Source: a bacterium (GTDB lineage: Bacteria > Patescibacteriota > Minisyncoccia > Phycocordibacterales > UBA2100). From it: DNA of 64,000 nt. Under the pieces are notes generated by a model that had not been told where the DNA came from, did not search any database, and saw only the letters and a list, made by a program, of their open reading frames with translations. Shown piece by piece: positions 56,731 through 64,000 of the stretch. The stretch's first letter is position 1, and each line of letters opens with the position of its first letter. The translations under genes and the position numbers were made by a program. The stretch is taken from contig JAEUQT010000001.1 in NCBI GenBank assembly GCA_016789445.1, positions 131,603 to 195,602 on the forward strand. Reading direction: 5' to 3'.

Positions 56731-56921
56731 CAGCCAATGCAAGCCGCCTTCCAGGCGGCTTTTGCATTTGCATTGCGACGGTGGAGATGAAGAAAGCGCC
56801 TGCGCGCTTTCTGCGGGGGTCTCGAAAGGCGGAGCGCTGTTCCGACAGCAGGCGGAACCGCGAGCCGGGGTCGCGGAAATTCAAAGGCGACGGCGTTTGA
56901 ATTATCTGTGACCGATTCCGC
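56731..56921 (+). repeat. trailing element, subfamily 1 (after tmRNA)
   Basis: Terminator AAGCCGCC ttcca GGCGGCTT TT (56741-56765). Inverted copy GGTGGAGATG + hairpin + GCGGGGGTCTCGAA. Core AGGCGGAGCGCTG, P-a 56839-56858, CCGCGAGCCGGGGTCGCGGAAAT...ATTATCTGTGAC (ends 56912). The direct copy cgattccgc at 56913-56921 matches 56713-56721. Confidence 0.85.
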
Positions 56922-56972
56922 CGCCGATATTCCTTCATGCAACCTTATGTGTTTTGATACGTCCACTGAGAT

Positions 56973-58298
56973 ATGCCGAAGCGATACTGGTGGAAGGATG
57001 CGAAGATATACGAGCTCTACGTCGATCGCTTCGCGGGGAATTTCCAGAACCTGACGGCACAATTGGATTACCTGGAGCGTCTTGGCATCAACGCACTCCA
57101 CATCCTCCCCCACTACCCGTCGCCCATGGCCGATGGCGGCTATGACGTGATGGAATATCTCAACGTCCGGCCGGAACTCGGCACGATCGAGGATTTCGAT
57201 ACCTTCCTCAAAGAAGCGCACCGCCGCGATATCAAAGTCATCATCGACTTCGTCCTCAATCACGTCTCAGAACATCATCCTTGGTTCTTGGAGGCGCGAT
57301 CATCGAAAGACAACAACAAGCGCGATTACTTTTTATGGAGCGAGAGCGGACACGAACTCGCCCTCGGTTGGAATGCCTTCCCCGACATCAAGCCTGGCAA
57401 TTGGATATTCAACGAAGAGACGCAGGACTACTACTATGCGACCTTCTATCCGCAGCAGCCGGATCTGAATTGGGACAATCCGGAAGTCTTCGCAAGCATG
57501 ATGCAGAACATGGATTTCTGGGCCGGCCGCGGCGTGGACGGCTTCCGCTTGGACGCAGCGGTGACGCTCATCAAACGAGACGGCACGCTCTCGAAAGGAT
57601 TGCCGGAAACGCACCAGCTCATCAAACGCATCCGCAAACACTTGGACACGAAATTCGGCGGCGAGATCGTCCTTCTTGCTGAAGCGCATCAGCACGTCAA
57701 AGAGATGAAGACGTATTTCGGGGACGGCGACGAATGCCATCTCGTGTACCATTTCTCACTCACCGAGCAGCTCTTCCTCGCTCTTATGCGCAATGATCGC
57801 ACCGAACTCGATGCGATGCTTGAGGAATCACGCGACATCCCGGAGAACTGCCAGTGGGCGATCTTTCTGCGCAATCACGACGAACTCTCGCTCGCGACAC
57901 TCGCCCCTGAAGTACGCACCGAGCTCATCACCTATCTTGATCCGAAGAGCGAATATCTTTTCAATGGCGGCGCAGCGACCGCCAAGAGGTTGGGCAGCAT
58001 GTTCGACGAAGCGAAGCTGCGCGAAGCGATTTCTCTCCTCTACTCGCTTCCGGGGGCGCCTATCATGTACTACGGCGACGAGATCGGCATGCAGAATCTT
58101 CCACGTACGGAAGGCGTGATCGACAGCCGCGTGTACGTCCGCGGTGAATTCGATTGGCTTGAGGCCGGGCTGCAGCGCAGTGATCCTGATTCCCTCTACA
58201 ACTTCACGAAGGGTGTCATCCGTAAATCACTCTGGCCATATAAGCGGGATTTCAATTCACCTCCCCCAGAAGAGGGATCGCCAAGCGACGACGAGTAG
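56973..58298 (+). CDS. GH13 alpha-amylase-family glycosidase (trehalose-synthase/amylosucrase-like N-terminal and catalytic domains)
   Basis: WWKDAKIYELYVDRF, GYDV.DY, DFVLNH, GFRLDA and the LLAE...NHD motif series. Confidence 0.85.
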   Translation: MPKRYWWKDAKIYELYVDRFAGNFQNLTAQLDYLERLGINALHILPHYPSPMADGGYDVMEYLNVRPELGTIEDFDTFLKEAHRRDIKVIIDFVLNHVSEHHPWFLEARSSKDNNKRDYFLWSESGHELALGWNAFPDIKPGNWIFNEETQDYYYATFYPQQPDLNWDNPEVFASMMQNMDFWAGRGVDGFRLDAAVTLIKRDGTLSKGLPETHQLIKRIRKHLDTKFGGEIVLLAEAHQHVKEMKTYFGDGDECHLVYHFSLTEQLFLALMRNDRTELDAMLEESRDIPENCQWAIFLRNHDELSLATLAPEVRTELITYLDPKSEYLFNGGAATAKRLGSMFDEAKLREAISLLYSLPGAPIMYYGDEIGMQNLPRTEGVIDSRVYVRGEFDWLEAGLQRSDPDSLYNFTKGVIRKSLWPYKRDFNSPPPEEGSPSDDE

Positions 58299-59556
58299 TC
58301 TCACCTTTGAAGAGTTGCCGCGTCCGCTCCGGCATGTCTCCTCGCTCGCCAAGATGCGCGCCGAATTTCATCGCCTGGAAACTCGAACCGAGGAAGACTG
58401 CGTGTTTACCGTATCGTTCCGATATCGCATCCACGCTCTCGAACACCATCTTCAATCCTTGGGATTCTTCCACTTTGCCGAAAAGATCGAGCTGAAGACT
58501 GTCCGCGGGGCGCAGCTGCGCGAGGGTCACGCCGCTCGCACGATACAGCTTCCCGTTCTCGAAAACCTGCGGGAAGAATTTAGCGACCTCGCGCAGGACA
58601 TCCTGCGGGACATTCGTGGGGTGCGGGAGCTTCACTTCGATACCGTGGTATCTGAAATCCTGTGTCTTGAGAAAGAAGAACACGCGATCACTCGCGAGAT
58701 TCCATCGGCGCGCCTTGATGCACGCATTCTCGACATTTTTGGAGAGCTGACTGAAGATAAACTTCGCATCGCGCAATGGTGGCGTGAAGGTCTTGGTCTT
58801 CTGGATGCTCTGGTAGCTGGTCTTCTTTTCCGTCGTGAGTGGATAGATGGCTTCGCCATTGAGCTCCCGCCAGATCTCCTGCACCGGCTTCGAAACTTTC
58901 GCACGCACCCATGGTTCGTTCTTGCGCGCAAAATCGAGCGCGCTCTGAATACCGAACTTATTGAGATACGCCGCAGTGTTTGGCCCGATCCCCCATACAT
59001 TCCCTACCGGCAGCTTTCCGAGAAATTTTGATGCGTCGCTGAGCGGTATCGAGGTGAGACCATCAGGCTTCTTCCATTTCGAACCGACCTTCGCCAGGAC
59101 TTTCGTCGCCGAGAGACCCACACTGAACGTGATGCCGAGCTTCACCTGCAGCTCCTGCTTAATGGAATGCGCCATGTCGTGGTAGTTCATCCGATTCACG
59201 CGGCGCATACCGGTGAGGTCCGCGAAGCATTCATCAATGGAATACTCCTCGACGGCAGGCGTGTAGCGACGCACGATCTCGTACATACGCTCTGAATATA
59301 GACTGTAGGTCTCGTAATCCGACGGCAGCACGATCGCATCTGGGCACGCTTCAAGAGCTTCGCTTAATTTGACCCCGCGCTTCACGCCGCGACGCTTCGC
59401 CTCGTAGGTGCACGCAGAGACGATGCCGCGCTCTTTGCCGGTGATGACCGGCTTACCGCGCAGCTTTGGATTCTTTGCCACTTCGACTGCAGCAAAGAAA
59501 GAGTCACCATCCACGTGCAGGATGGCTCTGGGATACGAGTATGACTTACCCCACAT
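58252..59556 (-). CDS. dinB: Y-family DNA polymerase IV
   Basis: ILHVDGDSFFAAVE, SIDECFADLTG and SVGLSATKVLAK motifs. It converges on and overlaps the GH13 gene by 47 nt. Confidence 0.93.
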   Translation of the reverse strand: MWGKSYSYPRAILHVDGDSFFAAVEVAKNPKLRGKPVITGKERGIVSACTYEAKRRGVKRGVKLSEALEACPDAIVLPSDYETYSLYSERMYEIVRRYTPAVEEYSIDECFADLTGMRRVNRMNYHDMAHSIKQELQVKLGITFSVGLSATKVLAKVGSKWKKPDGLTSIPLSDASKFLGKLPVGNVWGIGPNTAAYLNKFGIQSALDFARKNEPWVRAKVSKPVQEIWRELNGEAIYPLTTEKKTSYQSIQKTKTFTPPLRDAKFIFSQLSKNVENACIKARRWNLASDRVFFFLKTQDFRYHGIEVKLPHPTNVPQDVLREVAKFFPQVFENGKLYRASGVTLAQLRPADSLQLDLFGKVEESQGLKMVFESVDAISERYGKHAVFLGSSFQAMKFGAHLGERGDMPERTRQLFKGETTRRRLAIPLLGEVN

Positions 59557-59576
59557 AGGCCATGTACGTCCGGACT

Positions 59577-59635
59577 GTCACGGATAATTTTCTGCTGAAA
59601 ATTTCCGCAACCCCGCCTCGACACCTAAAGTGTCT
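59577..59635 (-). repeat. solo partial copy of the subfamily-1 core (no tRNA adjacent)
   Basis: GTCACGGATAATTTTCTGCTGAAAATTTCCGCAACCCCGCCTCG differs at one base over 44 nt from the Ser-linked copy at 44436-44479. It lies 20 nt upstream of the dinB start. Confidence 0.8.
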
Positions 59636-59682
59636 CCGGCCTTGCGAAGCTCCATGTATTCGCTTCTCACCCCAGACCATAG

Positions 59683-60168
59683 CTACCTGAACTTAAGCGT
59701 GTAGGCTGGCTTGAATGCAGGAAGTGGTGCGTACCGCGAAGTGCGTGGTAGCGGCGTCCGCATGCGTGATGGCCGGATCTGTTTCGCAGGCTTTACCGGA
59801 TTCGTCTCGGCAAGAAATTCCATGACCGCGAGATTCACCGTAGCGAATTGCCGATCACTGATGCGACCGAGACGACGGATAAGCTGGTCCTTCCGCAGCA
59901 TGCGCATCTGCGAAAGGGTTCCGGTGCGGTTCGCACCCTTGAGTGACGTAAGAAAATAAAACGGGGTTTCCTTACCGCTCGCACGCGACGTAAGCGGCAA
60001 TCCCCAGAACGTATCGGTACCGAGCGTACGGAACACCAAGACCGGCCTCTCAGCTGCAGCGTCGGTTGCCGAAGGCACCGAACACCACCAGATATCCTGC
60101 GCACGATATTTCACTTCTCGTACGCGCGCTGTCTTCTTCGAAAAAATGTGGGAAAGCTGTTTAAACAT
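59683..60168 (-). CDS. MazF/PemK-family toxin-like protein with basic C-terminal tail
   Basis: DIWWCSV......ERPVLVF.......FWGLPLTS.........F......G...TLSQMRMLRKDQLIRRLG.IS...F matches the solitary PemK-like pattern. Confidence 0.7.
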   Translation of the reverse strand: MFKQLSHIFSKKTARVREVKYRAQDIWWCSVPSATDAAAERPVLVFRTLGTDTFWGLPLTSRASGKETPFYFLTSLKGANRTGTLSQMRMLRKDQLIRRLGRISDRQFATVNLAVMEFLAETNPVKPAKQIRPSRMRTPLPRTSRYAPLPAFKPAYTLKFR

Positions 60169-60187
60169 ATGCTGGTTGGTTCCGCTA

Positions 60188-60760
60188 CTAATACTTCCGT
60201 ACGACGCCCGTGACTACTGCTTCGACTTTGAACGATTCTGTCGGATAAATGTTGCTGAACTTCTCATTCGCCGGCTCCAGATAATGATTCCCCTTCTTGT
60301 CCTGTCTCAGGTATTTCATGGTGTACTCGCCGTCGACCATCGCGATCACGATCTGCCCGACCTTGTACGTGTTGCGACGCTCGACGACTACCATGTCTCC
60401 CGGACGGATCCCCGCATCGATCATGGATTCGCCTTTTACTTTCAAGATGTAACTCGATTCCTTATTCGGCGTCAGGAACTCGTCGAAATCCATCGTATCG
60501 AGCAGCTCCTCCTCCGCTGCCGACGGAAAGCCCGCTTCGACTAAGCCAAGGAGAGGGACACCTCCTCCGAAATTTCCGGGAGAAAGACGGCCCTGTCGGT
60601 CTTTGACGACCACACCCTCGTCGACAAGTTTTTCGATGAGCTTGAACACAGCGTTCTTGGATCTAAAACCCGTGAAGACCATGATCTCCTTGTAGCCCGG
60701 GAAACGCCCATGCTTCTCATAAAACGCGACCAACTTCTGTTTATAGTGCTCATACGTCAT
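60188..60760 (-). CDS. lexA: LexA repressor (wHTH plus S24 peptidase)
   Basis: VEAGFPS, the cleavage region, KVKGESMIDAGI (Ser) and AMVDGEYTMKYL (Lys). ORF 60188..60808. The first ATG lies inside the operator, so the start is set at MTYEHYKQK. Confidence 0.88.
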   Translation of the reverse strand: MTYEHYKQKLVAFYEKHGRFPGYKEIMVFTGFRSKNAVFKLIEKLVDEGVVVKDRQGRLSPGNFGGGVPLLGLVEAGFPSAAEEELLDTMDFDEFLTPNKESSYILKVKGESMIDAGIRPGDMVVVERRNTYKVGQIVIAMVDGEYTMKYLRQDKKGNHYLEPANEKFSNIYPTESFKVEAVVTGVVRKY

Positions 60761-60793
60761 ACATGTTTTCCCTAGTAATTCCTTATGGAGTTC

Positions 60794-60822
60794 AGTGTAG
60801 TGAACCATGGTTCACCAGTCAA
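60794..60822 (-). promoter_or_regulatory. lexA promoter TTGACT-N17-TACACT with an embedded SOS (Cheo-type) box GTGAACCATGGTTCAC
   Basis: The -35 is at 60817-60822 and the -10 at 60794-60799. The perfect 16-bp palindrome at 60800-60815 contains GAAC-N4-GTTC. Confidence 0.75.
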
Positions 60823-60843
60823 ATATTTTGCTGTGGATAAACG

Positions 60844-60870
60844 AAAAAGGCGGCTTGCGGCCGCCTTTTT
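60844..60870 (-). terminator. hairpin AAAAAGGCGGC ttgcg GCCGCCTTTTT (bidirectional shape)
   Basis: It follows the stop of the 60888..61181 gene and is flanked by A- and T-runs. Confidence 0.65.
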
Positions 60871-60887
60871 CCGAGAGGAATGCTGGG

Positions 60888-61181
60888 TTACTGCGTCGGT
60901 GTCGGAGTGTTCGTAGTGCCCCCCGATGGCTGCGTTCCCTGCTGGGCGCCCGCGCCTGCTCCGGCGCCCTGGATTCCTTGCTGGACGCCTTCCGGAAGCT
61001 GGACGTTCACATCGATAGCTCCTGGTGTCGATGCGTTGCCAGTAGAAGTACGGGTCATGCCCGGCCACACGAAGAGGCCGAAGAGAACGACGCCGAGAAG
61101 TACGATGACCGCGACAGCCCAACCGGCCGCGCTGGAATCGTTACGCTCATATGCACTCGGGGTGATGACGGTGTCTGCCAT
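60888..61181 (-). CDS. small membrane protein with G/Q/T-rich tail (97 aa)
   Basis: One transmembrane helix (WAVAVIVLLGVVLFGLFVW) and a low-complexity C-terminus. Confidence 0.5.
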   Translation of the reverse strand: MADTVITPSAYERNDSSAAGWAVAVIVLLGVVLFGLFVWPGMTRTSTGNASTPGAIDVNVQLPEGVQQGIQGAGAGAGAQQGTQPSGGTTNTPTPTQ

Positions 61182-61251
61182 AGATATTGCAGTTATATTC
61201 GCTTGCTAATACCTAGCAGAATAGCGAGGGGGCGTGAAGCGAGGGTGAATC

Positions 61252-62136
61252 TCACGCGCGTACGATACGTATGTACGAACGGTCGTCGATGTTCTCAGGC
61301 ATGACGCCACGGGTCGAGAGCATGTCGCCGATTGCGAGCTTGTCGCGATCCCTGATCTCTTTCAAGGCCGCTTCAGTCTCTGCGAGACTCGGTTTCAGGG
61401 ATTGCGGCGGATAACCATCTGTAGCAAGGATGATCGATGATGCCCCTTTGGGCACTTCGATATACTCGACGAGATCTTCAGGCACATCATGACCGTTCAT
61501 GACGGGATATCGGTATGTATCGAAAATCGTATCGTTGCCGGAGAGCGGCGCGTTCGCGAGACGTGGTTGGATATCTTTCGTAAGCGCGCGCATGCGAGGA
61601 CGCGTAGGATCATTGGCAAGTAACGCATCCACATCAGCTCCCTGTTCGATCTCTTCACGCAGGCGACGTGCACGATCTTTTGATTTCAGACGATCGATCG
61701 CAAGACCAGGATTATCCCCCACACCATCAATGAGGTACGAACAATCCGCAACGCGGATGATCATCCCGTTCTCCCCAAAATTCGGGAAGAACGCCGCGAA
61801 GACGAAGCTTGGCGTCGTAGTGAGTGTGTACGGCCCCAACGCTTCGCGTAGACGACGCGAAACGAACGGAACTACTTCCTTTGGATCAGAGAGCTTCGCC
61901 GCATCCTTCAGAGCTTCCATACCTACTTGCACGGCGAATTGTCCCGGCGTGAGGCCTTCGATCTTCTCTGTCGAATCTCCGGATGAGACGCCGTCGAGGG
62001 CCGCGATGCATTCAGGATCGGTCAGCGTGCCATCTTCAGACGGACGACGCGCTTCATCTCGTGCGATATTCACTCGCTCGGCGATCCGCCATGCCTGAGG
62101 CGTCTCACGCCCTTCACGTCGCCGGATGCGTTCCAT
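61252..62136 (-). CDS. hypothetical protein (294 aa)
   Basis: Long ORF with balanced composition. No motif that I can name. Confidence 0.6.
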   Translation of the reverse strand: MERIRRREGRETPQAWRIAERVNIARDEARRPSEDGTLTDPECIAALDGVSSGDSTEKIEGLTPGQFAVQVGMEALKDAAKLSDPKEVVPFVSRRLREALGPYTLTTTPSFVFAAFFPNFGENGMIIRVADCSYLIDGVGDNPGLAIDRLKSKDRARRLREEIEQGADVDALLANDPTRPRMRALTKDIQPRLANAPLSGNDTIFDTYRYPVMNGHDVPEDLVEYIEVPKGASSIILATDGYPPQSLKPSLAETEAALKEIRDRDKLAIGDMLSTRGVMPENIDDRSYIRIVRA

Positions 62137-62198
62137 TGCCGAAGCGTACTATGCGAGATGCTCACTCTCAAGAAGCGGGCGGTTCGTAATGAGGTATA

Positions 62199-63206
62199 GT
62201 GTGCCGCATGCAGCCAGACCTCAGCGTGATTGCCGCCGCATTCCCCATCGGCACTATCCGTTCAATCGAACCTCTCGGCAATGGACGCATACACGCGACC
62301 TATCTCGTACGGAGCGATATGGGAGAATACGTCCTTCAGAAGATTGGAGTTCTCTTCGTTCCAGCACTGCCTGACATCGAAGCCGTCACCGCACACATCG
62401 CCGCAAAAGGGCTCCTGACGAGCCGAGTGGTCCGGACGGAGGACGGCGCACTGTCCCGACAGGACGGTGATAGTGCATGGCGCCTCATGACATTCATCCC
62501 TGGTATGACGATCGAGACAGAACCGACGCCCGCACAGGCGGCGAACGGTGCAGCATTCATCGCACAGTTCCATACCGCACTCGCCGACTATACCCAGCCC
62601 TTCGCTTACCGCATCCCGCACTATCGCGACACTGGCTATGCTCTTGGACATCTGCACGAACTCGACCGCAGAAATACGGGATCATCCAAATATGAGAAAT
62701 GCCACCCGCTTGCCGAGGAGATCGAGCATCGGCGAACCCTCCTCTCTCCCGCAATGTCCGCACTCCCTCTGCATACACTTCATGGTGACCTCAAGCTCAA
62801 CAACCTCCGATTCGACACGGAAGGCGTGGAAGCGATCGCGCTCCTCGATCTGGATACGCTCGGCAGCTATCCTCTGCCGCTCGAGCTCGGAGACATGCTT
62901 CGGAGCTGGTGTAAGCGCGGAACAGGAATCGACACGGAAACATGGAAGACTCTTATGAAGACATATCGCGAACATGCCGCATTCATGCACGATGACGAAT
63001 GGAGACTCATCCCCGACGGATTCTTCGAGATAACGCTTTCGCTCGCTGCGCGCTACTGCGCAGATGCGTATGAAGAAACATGGTTCAAGCACAACCCAGA
63101 GTACCCTTCTCTGTTCGAACAGAATGTCGCGAGCACCGAGCGATGCCTCGCGCTTCTTGATGATTTCACCACGAAGCTGCCCGAACTGCGTCAACTGCAC
63201 GATTAA
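62199..63206 (+). CDS. aminoglycoside/choline-kinase-type phosphotransferase family protein
   Basis: Catalytic-loop LHGDLKLNNLRF and the downstream LLDLDT (DxD) motif. Confidence 0.8.
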   Translation: MCRMQPDLSVIAAAFPIGTIRSIEPLGNGRIHATYLVRSDMGEYVLQKIGVLFVPALPDIEAVTAHIAAKGLLTSRVVRTEDGALSRQDGDSAWRLMTFIPGMTIETEPTPAQAANGAAFIAQFHTALADYTQPFAYRIPHYRDTGYALGHLHELDRRNTGSSKYEKCHPLAEEIEHRRTLLSPAMSALPLHTLHGDLKLNNLRFDTEGVEAIALLDLDTLGSYPLPLELGDMLRSWCKRGTGIDTETWKTLMKTYREHAAFMHDDEWRLIPDGFFEITLSLAARYCADAYEETWFKHNPEYPSLFEQNVASTERCLALLDDFTTKLPELRQLHD

Positions 63207-63234
63207 AAAACAAGCGCCCGATCATGGGCGCTTG

Positions 63235-64000
63235 TCAGGTCTGATTCTTTTTTGCACGAATCACAGCGATCAGGGCACTGCGAAAGATGTCGTCGCTCGA
63301 TGCGCCACGCGAGAGGTCGTGCACCGGACTCTTGAACCCGTGAACGATAGGTCCGAGCGCCTGCGCACCAGGCACGAGACGCTCGACGAGCTTGTACGCG
63401 ATGTTCGCAGCATCAAGCGATGGGAAGATAAGCACGTTCGCTGTTCCGGCAACCGCGCTTCCTGGCACCTTACGTTCAGCGACCGAGGCAACGAGTGCCG
63501 CATCTCCTTGCAATTCGTGTTCGGCAAGCAAGATATCAGGACGTCGTTTCTGAACGAGACCGATCGCGTCGCGCACGCGCGCAACCGATTCGCTCGTTCC
63601 CCCTGAACCCTTCGTGCTGAACGAGAGAAATGCGAGACGCGGCTCGTCGCCGACGATGAACGTTCGCGCATCGGCGGCGGCAATCGCGATATCCGCAAGC
63701 TGCTCCGAGGTTGGTGTCTCCACGACGCCACAATCAGCGAACGTGATGACTTCTTCGAAACCGCCACGAAACGGTGGCACAAGCATGTAGAAGGAACTTG
63801 AGATCGTCTTGATCCCCTCTTCCTTCTCGACAAGCCAGAGACCTGCGCGGAGCACATCGGACGTAGTGCGTACCGCACCCGCCACAAGTGCATCTGCTTC
63901 ACCAATGCGAAGCAGATACATCCCATAGATCAAAGGATCGCGAGAGAGACGTTTCGCCTCATCCTCGGTCATGCCTTTGTGTCCGCGCAGTTCGACGAGC
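63235..64000 (-). CDS. pta: phosphate acetyltransferase (N-terminus beyond the window end)
   Basis: GAVRTTSDVLRA, LSFSTKGS, LQGDAAL and ANVLIFPSLDAANIAYKL motifs. The frame stays open to position 64000. Confidence 0.88.
   Translation of the reverse strand, partial: LVELRGHKGMTEDEAKRLSRDPLIYGMYLLRIGEADALVAGAVRTTSDVLRAGLWLVEKEEGIKTISSSFYMLVPPFRGGFEEVITFADCGVVETPTSEQLADIAIAAADARTFIVGDEPRLAFLSFSTKGSGGTSESVARVRDAIGLVQKRRPDILLAEHELQGDAALVASVAERKVPGSAVAGTANVLIFPSLDAANIAYKLVERLVPGAQALGPIVHGFKSPVHDLSRGASSDDIFRSALIAVIRAKKNQT

Noticed and set aside
56594-57263. Minus-strand ORFs 56594..56938 and 56667..57263
   Set aside because: They overlap the tmRNA 3' end, the trailing element and the 5' end of the well-supported GH13 gene. 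Their composition is shadow-like.

Overview
This is a GC-rich, gene-dense bacterial chromosomal segment with most genes on the minus strand. All calls come from reading the sequence and ORF translations by eye. No search tool was run, and GC content is judged by eye.

Content:
- Housekeeping genes: typA, a DEAD-box helicase, pyrG, ftsE/ftsX, a short prfB, gatC/gatA, ligA, recG, ribH/ribE/riboflavin kinase, malic enzyme, ftsH, smpB plus tmRNA, and a partial pta.
- A complete type IV pilus locus: pilM-N-O, pilB, an embedded receiver protein, pilT, pilC, two pilins, pilD and four pseudopilins, lying next to comF.
- An SOS module, lexA - MazF/PemK-like gene - dinB, with a readable promoter and a GAAC-N4-GTTC box.
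- A PAS hybrid histidine kinase.
- Metal-related small proteins (DUF305, cupredoxin), two NUDIX hydrolases and a sortase.
- 8 tRNA genes.

The pilin N-termini, compact genes and shortened RF2 resemble Patescibacteria/CPR (Parcubacteria-like) genomes. That placement is inference only.

The most unusual signal is non-coding. Nine copies of a 60-260 nt element sit immediately 3' of tRNA genes and of tmRNA, and one of them is a tRNA-less solo copy.
- Each tRNA-linked copy has a conserved core of hairpins that vary by compensatory base changes.
- Most tRNA-linked copies flank that core with an inverted copy and a direct copy of the last 9-20 nt of the neighbouring tRNA. The Ile copy has no direct copy.
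- The direct copy starts in the T-loop, at C56 in five copies.
- The element therefore folds on paper into an acceptor/T-arm-like three-way junction.
- I cannot match it to a family I know.

Other points worth checking:
- A genuine UAU-anticodon tRNA-Ile.
- An atypical initiator-like tRNA.
- A frameshifted ASCH gene.
- Two pilin genes sharing a 146-bp identical 5' block.
- A J-domain-like segment lacking HPD inside an S41 peptidase.
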